This document shows, piece after piece, positions 10,405-18,966 of a stretch of DNA of 64,000 bases. The translations under genes were made by a program, and so were the position numbers. Positions within the stretch are counted from its first letter, which is position 1; each line of letters opens with the position of its first letter. The notes below the pieces were generated by a model. It saw nothing but the letters and a program-made list of their open reading frames with translations, had not been told where the DNA came from and did not search any database. The stretch is from Flammeovirgaceae bacterium (lineage in GTDB: Bacteria; Bacteroidota; Bacteroidia; Cytophagales; Cyclobacteriaceae), in NCBI GenBank assembly GCA_021298015.1, contig JAJTGY010000013.1, forward strand, positions 15,445 through 79,444, given 5' to 3'.

Positions 10405-10601
10405 AACTTTCCAAACAAACTTTGAAACCAAAAAATGGTTTATATCTTTATCGCTCAATTTTTGGCGACCATAATTCAACAATATACAAATTTTGCGATA
10501 AGTGGTTCTCCGAAAAGTGATTAAAGTTCTACCGACTTGTTTTACGGCCTTTTTCATGGATGGTTTCTCGGACCTAATCGTTGAGATGGGCAACTAACAT
10601 C

Positions 10602-11681
10602 ATGCAGAAGAAAAACCTAATTGTCGTTCTAATGGCCGGAGGTGTTGGGGTCCGGTTTTGGCCTTACAGCCGCAATTCCAAGCCCAAGCAGTTTTTGGAT
10701 GTGCTGGGGAGCGGCAAAACCCTCCTGCAATCAACGTACGACCGGTATTTGCCGATATGTGACCCGGAAAATATTTACGTTGTGACCAGCGAGGAACATG
10801 TACATCTGGTTCAGGAGCAGCTGCCCGCACTGCCACCCGATCAAATTTTGAAGGAACCGATGCGGAAAAACACGGCACCGTGCATCGCCTACGCCAGCCT
10901 GAAGATCCGGAAGAAAAGTCCGGATGCGGTGATGGTCGTGAGTCCCTCAGATCACTTGATTCTAAAAGAAGCCGAGTTCACGGCCACGGTTAAGAAGGCA
11001 GCGGAGCAAGCCGCCCAGGAAGAAAAACTGATCACGCTGGGCATTCAACCGGCCCGACCCGAAACCGGCTACGGGTATATTCAATACATCGAAAACAAGA
11101 AATTGATCAAGCCGGTAAAAACTTTCACTGAAAAACCAGAGCTGGCCTTAGCGAAGAAATTTCTGGAGAGCGGAGACTTCGTTTGGAATTCCGGTATTTT
11201 CATCTGGAGTGTAAAAAGCATTTTAAAAGCTTTTGACCGGTATCTGCCGGATATGGCCGAAGTATTTCATGAAGCCGCGGCTCGGTTTGATTCACCGGAC
11301 GAGGAGGCGGCTGTGAAAACGGTATATAGCCTGGTGAAGAATGTCTCGATTGACTACGGGATCATGGAGAAAGCCGACAATGTCTTTGTTGTACTTGGCC
11401 ATTTTACATGGTCCGATCTGGGCTCGTGGGGCGCTCTTCATGACGTTTTGCCCAAGGATGCCCACAACAACGTGGTGGCCGCAGATGCCCTGTTATACGA
11501 AACGCGAAACTCGATTGTAGAGGCTCCAAAGGACAAGCTGGTGGTCGTGCAAGGACTCAACGGTTATCTGGTTGGGGTTTTCGACAATGTGGTAGTCGTA
11601 GTGGAGAAAGATCGCGAAGAGCAGTTCAGGCGCTTTGTGAACGATCTGCGCGCGAAGCCCAATGGTAACGATTACCTCTGA
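10602..11681 (+). CDS. mannose-1-phosphate guanylyltransferase (nucleotidyltransferase-only form)
   Basis: LMAGGVGVRFWPYSRNSKPKQF is the NTP-transferase glycine-rich loop, and the length is about 359 aa. The start is set at the ATG at 10602. Confidence 0.8.
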   Translation: MQKKNLIVVLMAGGVGVRFWPYSRNSKPKQFLDVLGSGKTLLQSTYDRYLPICDPENIYVVTSEEHVHLVQEQLPALPPDQILKEPMRKNTAPCIAYASLKIRKKSPDAVMVVSPSDHLILKEAEFTATVKKAAEQAAQEEKLITLGIQPARPETGYGYIQYIENKKLIKPVKTFTEKPELALAKKFLESGDFVWNSGIFIWSVKSILKAFDRYLPDMAEVFHEAAARFDSPDEEAAVKTVYSLVKNVSIDYGIMEKADNVFVVLGHFTWSDLGSWGALHDVLPKDAHNNVVAADALLYETRNSIVEAPKDKLVVVQGLNGYLVGVFDNVVVVVEKDREEQFRRFVNDLRAKPNGNDYL

Positions 11682-12415
11682 GCCTGGCGCTGACGCACAG
11701 CTTCATACATGCTGATGGCTGCGGCCACGGATACGTTCAGCGAAGCAATATTTCCAAACATGGGAATCTTGACCAGATGGTCAGCCACCTTGAGCAGCTC
11801 GGGCGAAATACCGTCTTCTTCCGAACCAACAATGATCGCCAGGGGCCCCGTCAGGTTGCTGGCATATACGTCATCAGTGGCTTTTTCCGTGCAGGCTACC
11901 ACCTTGATCCCGTTTTGCTTTAGCAGCGAAATAATTTTCCGAACATCGGGCACTTTGCAAACGGGCAGGTAGTTCAAGGCACCTGCCGAAGTTTTTACGG
12001 CATCTCCGGTGATGGGCGCGTTGCCTTTGTCACCAATAATAATGCCCGTCAAGCCGGCACAATCGGCTGTGCGGGCCATGGCCCCAAAATTCCGAACATC
12101 GGTTACCCGATCGACAACCAGAAAGAATGGATCCTTACCCTGGTGGTAGGCAAAATCAATCAGATCCTCCACCCGCGCGTACGTTACGGCTGACAACAGA
12201 CAAACAACCCCCTGGTGATTTTTTGACGACAGGCGTGCCAGTTTTTCGGCCGGCACAAAACTCATGGGCACCTTGTGTTTTTTAATTTCTTCCAGCAGTT
12301 CCCGTATCAGTTCGTTTGACAAGCCCGATTGAATCAAAATTTTCTCAATGGGGCGGCCCGCGCGCACGGCTTCAATCACTGCCCGCGTTCCGAATATCAT
12401 ATCCTTGTGCGTCAC
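11672..12415 (-). CDS. TrmH/SpoU-family 23S rRNA 2'-O-methyltransferase (RlmB-like)
   Basis: 247 aa. An N-terminal substrate-binding domain (GTRAVIEAV) is followed by SpoU motifs (NFGAMARTA, IVGSEEDGIS, IPMFGNIASLNVSVAA). Confidence 0.85.
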   Translation of the reverse strand: MTHKDMIFGTRAVIEAVRAGRPIEKILIQSGLSNELIRELLEEIKKHKVPMSFVPAEKLARLSSKNHQGVVCLLSAVTYARVEDLIDFAYHQGKDPFFLVVDRVTDVRNFGAMARTADCAGLTGIIIGDKGNAPITGDAVKTSAGALNYLPVCKVPDVRKIISLLKQNGIKVVACTEKATDDVYASNLTGPLAIIVGSEEDGISPELLKVADHLVKIPMFGNIASLNVSVAAAISMYEAVRQRQAQR

Positions 12416-12417
12416 GC

Positions 12418-14058
12418 TCAGCGGGATTTAATTGCCTTTTGCTCTTTCGTTTTTTGTGCCGCCAGTACGGCCTCGTAGGCGTTGATTAAACCCCCGGTGC
12501 TGCTCAACGATTCGAAGCGCACACGCCCGCCACCCGGCTTTTCTACCTCCAGATTATCAAACTGGCGGGTGGATTGACGCAAAATGTCACGCACTTCGAA
12601 GGCACTCAATTCGGGAAAATAAGACATAACGAGTGCCGCCACACCCGCAGCGCTTGGGCTGGCCATACTCGTTCCGCTCTGATGCTCGTATTGGCCACCC
12701 GGTACAGTTGAATAGATTTCTACACCGGGCGAGAAGAAGTCAACGTTTCGTTTCCCATAATTGGAAAAGTCAGCCACGAAATTCTCGTTTGCTCCCCAGG
12801 CGCTGGCGCCAATTTCCAGCCAGTTTCGTGCCTCCTTACCATCCAGGAAAAACCGATTGGGAAAATTTTTCTCCTCGTCTGAGTTCTCCGCATCGTTGCC
12901 GGCAGCGTGAATAAGCAGCACACCTTTCTGCTCGGCATACCGGACAGCTTTGTCCACTACTTCTTTTTGAGGTGAATAACTTTTTCCAAAACTCATGTTG
13001 ATGATGTGGGCGCCATTGTCTACAGCGTAGATAATGGCGTTGGCAACATCTTTGTCGCGTTCATCTCCGTTGGGCACGGCACGCACCGCCATGATCTTTA
13101 CGTTGTCGGCAATGCCGCGCATGCCGATGTTGTTCGTTCGGTTGGCTGCAATAATTCCGGCCACGTGGGTTCCGTGTTTGGAGTCGGGGCCCTTCACATC
13201 ATTGTTTCCATAGCCTTTTTCGTAGGGGTTGTTGTAATCATCCCCCACGATCTCGCGCGAATTAAAGTCTTCGTTATACCCAAACTTGACAATCACTTCA
13301 TAATAGTCCACCGCCTCTTTAAGCTGTCCCATGTAGGCGTCCAGGCTCTCGCCATCCTCCATATTGCGAAACATGTTGAGCAGAAAACCTTTCGTAAACA
13401 GCACGGTTGGGCTGTTGGTCTGCAGACTTTCTAATTTCTCCGCGGTGAGCTCAGTCGTGTTCAGCAGTTTCTGCAACGTATCAATGCTCATTCGCACGTT
13501 GGAGTACAGACTGGCGTACAACTTGTATTGCTGGTTGTTCTTTTCTTTCAGTTTTTCAAACTTGTCCTTGATTTTCAACCAACCATCATATTCTGCCTGT
13601 TGTTTCCGTGAAATCTTCATGCCCGTTTGGTCATATTTTGCCTTTAGCCGCACATACTCGCGGGTGAGTTCATACGTGTCCGCATTCACGTTTCCGTTCT
13701 TGCCACCGATGAAATTCCAACCGTACACATCATCAACGTAGCCGTTTTTGTCATCGTCTGCGCCATTGCCGGGAATTTCATCTTCATTGATCCAGAGTAC
13801 ATCTTTCAGGTCTTCGTGCTCGATGTCAACACCGGAGTCGATCACGGCAACAATGACCGTACGTGATGGTTTGTCTTTGAGCAGGGTTTGGTAGGTGCGC
13901 TCGGAACTTACACCCTGAAGAGAGTCTAACTGGGGATCGCGTAAAAACCAATCGTTGGGTACAGTTTTAGATTGCGCACTGGCACTGAGGGCCCAAATCA
14001 TAAAAAGCTGAACCGTCATTACCTGGAGGACGGATCGGGTAAGGCTTTTAAAAATCAT
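12418..14058 (-). CDS. secreted S8-family (subtilisin-like) serine peptidase
   Basis: 546 aa with a signal peptide and the catalytic triad motifs VAVIDSGVD, HGTHVAGIIAA and SGTSMASP. Confidence 0.9.
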   Translation of the reverse strand: MIFKSLTRSVLQVMTVQLFMIWALSASAQSKTVPNDWFLRDPQLDSLQGVSSERTYQTLLKDKPSRTVIVAVIDSGVDIEHEDLKDVLWINEDEIPGNGADDDKNGYVDDVYGWNFIGGKNGNVNADTYELTREYVRLKAKYDQTGMKISRKQQAEYDGWLKIKDKFEKLKEKNNQQYKLYASLYSNVRMSIDTLQKLLNTTELTAEKLESLQTNSPTVLFTKGFLLNMFRNMEDGESLDAYMGQLKEAVDYYEVIVKFGYNEDFNSREIVGDDYNNPYEKGYGNNDVKGPDSKHGTHVAGIIAANRTNNIGMRGIADNVKIMAVRAVPNGDERDKDVANAIIYAVDNGAHIINMSFGKSYSPQKEVVDKAVRYAEQKGVLLIHAAGNDAENSDEEKNFPNRFFLDGKEARNWLEIGASAWGANENFVADFSNYGKRNVDFFSPGVEIYSTVPGGQYEHQSGTSMASPSAAGVAALVMSYFPELSAFEVRDILRQSTRQFDNLEVEKPGGGRVRFESLSSTGGLINAYEAVLAAQKTKEQKAIKSR

Positions 14059-14837
14059 GAAGATTCAGTGTTTGTATGGTGGATTGAACTTGTTTGCGGT
14101 GGCAAAAATGGTTCCGTTTTGGCGGTGTTCGTCAAAAAAACGTAAAAACGACTAAAAAAACTTACGCAGGTGCCCAAACAAATCGCTTTGCCGGGCATGG
14201 GCATAATGGGCAGCTCATCTTTGTGTCATCAAACGTAACGGCTATGATTGCTATGTATCTGTTGTCTATGGTTTTGTTTTTCACGCTGTTCTCCCGGCTT
14301 GCAGTTACAAGCCAATCAGTGCGGTACCCGCACTCCGGGGCAATCCGTACAACTCCTTTAACCGGGAAAGCCATGCCCTGTTACGTGCATCATTTGGAGC
14401 ACTTCCCCGGGAAGAACTGCTATGTTAGAGTACCTGATTCAAGTGTCTCATCATAAACCACTACACCCGCTTCATCTGCTGCCAGAGGTAGCATGTGGTT
14501 ACGCGCTGTGGTTGTTAAGGACGGCAATAATTGCCCTAGCCTGCCCGAACTATTCAGCCGGAGAGTGGCTTGGCGTTGGTAGTAGGTGAGCCAATGGCCC
14601 CTGTGTTATTTTGAGCGGCCAGCCGGTGGGAAAGAGAAAAATTAAGGGGCATAGGAACCCTCTAAATAGGACGTGGAAGCTACATTTCATGCCAACAGTT
14701 TAGAGTTTGATGGCCTAGAAAATAAGGATTTGGCTTTTCTAGCCGGGCGTGCGTTGGTAAACAGAAGTGAATATATTGAACATTTCAAAAATCACGGAAA
14801 AGGGGGATTCCCGATGTTGGTGTCGGGCAAAAATATT

Positions 14838-14845
14838 TACATTTG
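14838..14845 (+). promoter_or_regulatory. -7 promoter box (TACATTTG) for the tandem tRNA-Leu genes
   Basis: TACATTTG matches TAnnTTTG, with a TTG 18 nt upstream (14817-14819). It lies about 115 nt upstream of tRNA-Leu. Confidence 0.45.
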
Positions 14846-14959
14846 CAACCCCTTACCCGGGCGTTCAACCCTATCCTTAATCGGGATGTTAGACACGATC
14901 AGGGTATCACGAGAGAGGCGCTTTTGTGATGGGTATTGTAGATTTTTGTTAGATGTCTA

Positions 14960-15041
14960 GCCCAGGTGGTGAAATTGGTAGACACGCTACTTTGAGGGGG
15001 TAGTGCCGCAAGGTGTGCTGGTTCGAGTCCAGTCCTGGGCA
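14960..15041 (+). tRNA. tRNA-Leu (anticodon GAG)
   Basis: An 82-nt cloverleaf folded by hand. Acceptor GCCCAGG/CCTGGGC, anticodon arm CTACT-TTGAGGG-GGTAG, a long variable arm and T-loop GGTTCGAGTCC. Confidence 0.9.
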
Positions 15042-15116
15042 CCCTAAAATTCAAAAAACGACAGTTTCAATAGTTCAGATTTGAAGGTTGAACAGGTGGC
15101 GTTTGGATTGTGGTAG

Positions 15117-15198
15117 GCCGAAGTGGTGAAATTGGTAGACACGCACGTTTCAGGGGCGTGTGGCGCAAGCTGTGAGGGTTCGAGTCCCTCCTTCGGCA
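15117..15198 (+). tRNA. tRNA-Leu (anticodon CAG)
   Basis: An 82-nt cloverleaf. Acceptor GCCGAAG/CTTCGGC, anticodon arm CACGT-TTCAGGG-GCGTG, a long variable arm and T-loop GGTTCGAGTCC. The D-arm is identical to that of the upstream tRNA-Leu. Confidence 0.9.
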
Positions 15199-15204
15199 CA
15201 AAAG

Positions 15205-15236
15205 AGGCTGTTCGACCGAACAGCCTTTTTGTTTTT
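15205..15236 (+). terminator. rho-independent terminator after the tRNA-Leu pair
   Basis: AGGCTGTTCG-AC-CGAACAGCCT is followed by TTTTTGTTTTT. Confidence 0.8.
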
Positions 15237-15378
15237 CGATGATGTTAGCTTGTTCGCCTTGACAGCATGATTTCCGAATAGAATTGGGTTGAACTCACGA
15301 CCAGTATCGTAATGAGACGAGCGCAGGTTCTGATAGCTGTCGGCTTGAATACAAGCCTAAAACAAATCAAAAGCCGAG

Positions 15379-15450
15379 AGCCGGGGATGAGATTTGAACT
15401 CACGACCTGCTGATTACGAATCAGCTGCTCTACCCCTGAGCTACCCCGGC
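15379..15450 (-). tRNA. tRNA-Thr (anticodon CGT)
   Basis: The reverse complement is GCCGGGGTAGCTCAGGGGTAGAGCAGCTGATTCGTAATCAGCAGGTCGTGAGTTCAAATCTCATCCCCGGCT. Anticodon loop TTCGTAA, T-loop GTTCAAATC. Confidence 0.85.
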
Positions 15451-15625
15451 TTAGTTGCGCTACCTCCCGATTCTGACCACGCCAGATCGGGATGAGCTAT
15501 CACGGCTTGATTAGGAAGAGGTCAGCGAAACCCCCGTTTTTTCCATCCCACGCTTGCGGACCGAATGAAAGACCCTGACCAACTTTCTGCTGTAAAGTAA
15601 AGGCAAAAATCTATCTTGCCCCTGC

Positions 15626-16057
15626 ATGCTTTCGAAAAAATGCAAATATGCCATTCACGCGCTGGTTTACCTCACGGAGCGATACCAGCAGGGGCCTGTG
15701 CAAATTCAGGAAATTGCCGATGCCCAACACATCCCAAAGAAATTTCTGGAGGCTATTTTGCTTGAACTGCGCCACGCCAAAATTCTGCACAGCAAGAAGG
15801 GCAAAGGAGGCGGATACTATCTATACCGCAAACCCGAAACGGTGAACCTGGTGGAGGTCATTCGCCTCATGGATGGCGCTATCGCCCTTTTACCTTGTGT
15901 TTCGCTCAACTACTACGAGCCGTGTGAGGAGTGCCGTGATGAAAAAACGTGTGGTATCCGGCAAGCCTTTTCGCAAGTGCGCGATGCCACGCTTGAGGTT
16001 CTGGGTCAAAATACCTTGACCGAAATCGTAAAACGTCAGAAGCGAAAAAAATCCTAG
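15626..16057 (+). CDS. Rrf2-family transcriptional regulator
   Basis: 143 aa. MLSKKCKYAIHALVYL...IQEIA....IPKKFLE.IL..L is the Rrf2 wHTH signature. The C-terminal Cys cluster is CVSLNYYEPCEECRDEKTC. Confidence 0.88.
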   Translation: MLSKKCKYAIHALVYLTERYQQGPVQIQEIADAQHIPKKFLEAILLELRHAKILHSKKGKGGGYYLYRKPETVNLVEVIRLMDGAIALLPCVSLNYYEPCEECRDEKTCGIRQAFSQVRDATLEVLGQNTLTEIVKRQKRKKS

Positions 16058-16123
16058 GCACGTCCGCAATCGTTTTAGCCATCGGAAATTCGGTTAGCGG
16101 GGACAAGGTTTTTATAATCTATG

Positions 16124-16137
16124 AAATCTATAGATTT
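16124..16137. promoter_or_regulatory. perfect 14-bp palindrome (AAATCTATAGATTT), candidate Rrf2 operator
   Basis: The palindrome lies immediately upstream of the -7 box of the peroxiredoxin gene. It is flanked by an AATCTATG direct half-repeat. Confidence 0.4.
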
Positions 16138-16143
16138 TAAAGA

Positions 16144-16151
16144 TATATTTG
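16144..16151 (+). promoter_or_regulatory. -7 promoter box (TATATTTG) of the peroxiredoxin gene
   Basis: Matches TAnnTTTG and lies 25 nt upstream of the ATG at 16176. Confidence 0.5.
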
Positions 16152-16175
16152 TGTCTACACAAAACGAATACCGCT

Positions 16176-16814
16176 ATGGCAATCCGATTGGGCGAAATAG
16201 CCCCCGATTTCAAAGCTGAAACAACCGAGGGTACGATTGAATTTCACCGTTACCTGGGCAATGGGTGGGGTGTCTTGTTTTCGCACCCGGCCGATTTTAC
16301 ACCCGTGTGCACCACCGAATTAGGTGCCGTGGCCAAGCTACGGGCCGAGTTCGACAAGCGGAACACCAAAGTGCTGGCTTTAAGTGTTGATCCACTCGAG
16401 TCGCACCGGCAATGGATAGGCGACATCAACGAAACCCAGCAAACCGAGGTGAATTTTCCAATCATTGCCGACCCGGATTTTAAGGTGGCCAAACTGTACG
16501 ACATGGTGCACCCCCAAATCAGTGACAAATTCACCGTGCGGTCCGTATTCGTCATTGGGCCCGACAAAAAAGTAAAACTCACCATCACCTATCCGGCTGC
16601 TACAGGCCGCAATTTTGACGAGATTCTACGCGTCATCGACAGCTTGCAGCTAACGGCCAATTACAGTGTGGCCACGCCTGCCAACTGGAAGCACGGAGAG
16701 GATGTCATTATCACCGCAGCTGTTAAGGATGAGGAAATTTCCGCCCGGTTCCCGAAAGGGTATAATCGGGTGAAGCCCTATCTGCGCACTACGCCTCAGC
16801 CCAATCTGAACTGA
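16176..16814 (+). CDS. 1-Cys peroxiredoxin (Prx6-type)
   Basis: MAIRLGEIAPDF...WGVLFSHPADFTPVCTTELG is the peroxidatic PVCTTE motif, and the length is about 212 aa. The start is moved to the ATG at 16176, downstream of the promoter box. Confidence 0.9.
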   Translation: MAIRLGEIAPDFKAETTEGTIEFHRYLGNGWGVLFSHPADFTPVCTTELGAVAKLRAEFDKRNTKVLALSVDPLESHRQWIGDINETQQTEVNFPIIADPDFKVAKLYDMVHPQISDKFTVRSVFVIGPDKKVKLTITYPAATGRNFDEILRVIDSLQLTANYSVATPANWKHGEDVIITAAVKDEEISARFPKGYNRVKPYLRTTPQPNLN

Positions 16815-16876
16815 TTGGTGTTTTGAATGAAAAATCCGCCCCTTTGGACGGGTTTTATTGTGCCTCGGCTTCGCGT

Positions 16877-16884
16877 TACCTTTG
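16877..16884 (+). promoter_or_regulatory. -7 promoter box (TACCTTTG) upstream of the DegT-family gene
   Basis: Matches TAnnTTTG. It lies inside the over-extended ORF-track start (16858) and 16 nt upstream of the ATG at 16900. Confidence 0.45.
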
Positions 16885-16899
16885 CCTGAAATTGTTCCA

Positions 16900-18054
16900 A
16901 TGGATCGCGTGAAGGAAAAGCCGATGAACGAGCTGCCCCTGATGGGTGAAGGCGAAGGAATCGTATTGTTTTATCCACATGTGCCGGCTTCGGCTATACC
17001 GGCCGTAACGGAGGTTTTGCAAGGCCGGTGGATAGGTCAGGGACCTCGCGTGACGCAATTTGAAAATAAGTTTGAAGAAAAGTTTACCGGTGGAGGCAAA
17101 GCCTTGGCTGTGGGGTCTGGCACCGATGCCCTGCACCTGGCCTATATTCTGGCTGGGCTCAAAGAAGGGGACGAAGTAATCACTCCGGTATTCACCTGCA
17201 CGGCCACCACTATTCCTTTCCTTTACATGGGCGTTACGTTCCGTTTCGCGGATGTGGACCCACTGACGCTTAACATCAATGTGAATCACGTGCGGCAGTT
17301 GGTCAATGAAAAGACCAAAGCGATTGTGTGCGTACATTACGGTGGACTGCCGTGCGATATGGCCGATTTGCAAGCCATTGCCGATGAACACAATATTCCC
17401 CTTGTGGAGGATGCTGCCCATGCGTTGGGTGCTATGTATCGGGGCAAACCGATTGGCTCATTGTCGGACTTCACAATGTTCTCTTTCCAGGCCATCAAGC
17501 ATTTGACAACTGGCGATGGCGGCATGCTCGTAGTCAAGGATCGGTCGTTGGTGGCAAAAGCCGAGCGCATTCGTTGGTTCGGCATCGATCGTTCGAACAA
17601 ACAAAAAGGGACATGGGAGAATGATATTTGGGAGGTTGGCTATAAATACCAAATGACGGACATTGGCGCAGCCATGGGTCTGGCTGCTTTGCACGAATTC
17701 GATCAAACGCTGGCCCACCGCCAGGGGCTTTTTGCAGAATACGTAAACGGATTAAATGGTGCCCAGGGCATTCAATTGATTGGTGCTGACACCAGCGACC
17801 GCACACATGCCGCTTGGTTATGCACCGCCCTGGTGGATGACCGCGAAAAATTCATGCATTATTTACGCACCAACAAAATCGAGTCTGGGCAGGTGCATTA
17901 CCGCAATGACCGATACTCGGTGTTAGGTGGCCGCAGAGACGACCTGCCGATGATGGACTCGGTGGAAGATCGTTACATCGTTCTGCCGCTGCATATGCGC
18001 ATGACGGCTGAGCACGTACGTCATATCTGCGAGGTGATTAAACGAGGCTGGTAA
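16900..18054 (+). CDS. DegT/DnrJ/EryC1/StrS-family PLP-dependent aminotransferase
   Basis: The sequence contains GSGTDALHLA, IVCVHYGGLPCDM and SFQAIKHLTTGDGG (the PLP lysine context). The start could be 16900 or 16924. Confidence 0.85.
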   Translation: MDRVKEKPMNELPLMGEGEGIVLFYPHVPASAIPAVTEVLQGRWIGQGPRVTQFENKFEEKFTGGGKALAVGSGTDALHLAYILAGLKEGDEVITPVFTCTATTIPFLYMGVTFRFADVDPLTLNINVNHVRQLVNEKTKAIVCVHYGGLPCDMADLQAIADEHNIPLVEDAAHALGAMYRGKPIGSLSDFTMFSFQAIKHLTTGDGGMLVVKDRSLVAKAERIRWFGIDRSNKQKGTWENDIWEVGYKYQMTDIGAAMGLAALHEFDQTLAHRQGLFAEYVNGLNGAQGIQLIGADTSDRTHAAWLCTALVDDREKFMHYLRTNKIESGQVHYRNDRYSVLGGRRDDLPMMDSVEDRYIVLPLHMRMTAEHVRHICEVIKRGW

Positions 18055-18057
18055 TTT

Positions 18058-18960
18058 TTATACTCGCGCGTTCTTACCTGAATACCACCAGCGCTTCAGT
18101 TTATCTTTAATCAACAGGCTGCAAGGCACTCGCGGCTCATCGGTTGTGCCCGTGAACGGTTCACCCATGTGCAAATGTGTTTTATAGAATGTGGAGATTG
18201 ACATCCCCCATTTCAGGAGAAATTGCGTATGGCCGTCATTTTTTTTCACCCGTGCTGTGCTGCGCGAGACGAAATGGTACACACGGCTGGAACCGATGCC
18301 CTTGTAATACCGCACACCCACTTCCCAAAGCTTCATCATCATGTCAGGGTCGCTGCCCATGCCGGGTGAAAACTCGGTGCTGAGGCCACCGATCAACTGC
18401 CATATTTTTTTGTGCAGCACCATCGGGTACCAGTTGCCGCCTGTCCAGTTGTGAAAAGGTACGGCCGCAAACTCGTTCAGAAATCGTTGCTCATTAAAAT
18501 CCCGAAGCGTTTTTCCGTAGTCGAACGGGGCCAGGGCGCACCGGTTGGTGCTCACGCTGTGCTCCATCATAGTACCGCTCAGACAAAAATAAATATGATT
18601 CAACGCCTGAATTTCTCTCCACAGCGGTTCATCCCATCCCGGGGCAAAGTAGAAGTCGTCATCACTTAACACGATGTAATCGGTGGTGGCCAGTGTAGCC
18701 GGAGAGTTGAATCCATAGCACACCCCCGCGTTTTTTTCTGAGTAGGAATAATCCAACCCCTGCGCTTTCACCCACTCCAGCGTACCGTCTTTCCCCTCAT
18801 TGACGTGAACGATGATTTGATGGCGGTAGGTGGAGTTTTGCCGAAGACTGTTGACGCAGGCTTGCAAATAGGCCAGGTTGTTCCAACTGGGAATCAGAAC
18901 GGAGAAAACAGCCTCTGCCGCTGGCGGTTGGGGATGAAAACTGATGGCGGGTATTTCCAT
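18058..18960 (-). CDS. family 2 glycosyltransferase
   Basis: 300 aa. FSVLIPSWNNLAYLQACVNSL... and the LSDDD acidic motif are typical of the GT-A fold in GT2 enzymes. Confidence 0.75.
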   Translation of the reverse strand: MEIPAISFHPQPPAAEAVFSVLIPSWNNLAYLQACVNSLRQNSTYRHQIIVHVNEGKDGTLEWVKAQGLDYSYSEKNAGVCYGFNSPATLATTDYIVLSDDDFYFAPGWDEPLWREIQALNHIYFCLSGTMMEHSVSTNRCALAPFDYGKTLRDFNEQRFLNEFAAVPFHNWTGGNWYPMVLHKKIWQLIGGLSTEFSPGMGSDPDMMMKLWEVGVRYYKGIGSSRVYHFVSRSTARVKKNDGHTQFLLKWGMSISTFYKTHLHMGEPFTGTTDEPRVPCSLLIKDKLKRWWYSGKNARV

Positions 18961-18966
18961 TCGATT

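Noticed and set aside
10405-10593. The ORF track gives a 63-codon N-terminal extension of recQ. Similar over-extended starts appear for sucD, bshA, the GH3 fusion, the Dabb gene, prx, the DegT gene, meaB, the 45510 hydrolase, the permease and the ABC ATPase.
   Set aside because: The extensions overlap neighbouring genes, terminators or promoter boxes and lack homology-like sequence. Internal starts give canonical N-termini and lengths.
14094-14456. A 120-aa ORF, together with the 14162-14374 and 14673-14960 ORFs, lies in the long spacer before tRNA-Leu.
   Set aside because: Their composition is implausible and I recognise no motif. The last one begins with GTG and runs through the tRNA promoter. 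I treat the region as non-coding.
14059-14959. The spacer might encode RNase P RNA, tmRNA or SRP RNA.
   Set aside because: I looked on both strands for signature strings and found none. These were GAGGAAAGTCCGGGC and ACAGAA..GGCTTA for RNase P, a 3' tRNA-like GGTTCGA.TCC..CCA end and a tag ORF for tmRNA, and GGAAGGAAGCAGCC for SRP. This does not exclude other ncRNA classes.
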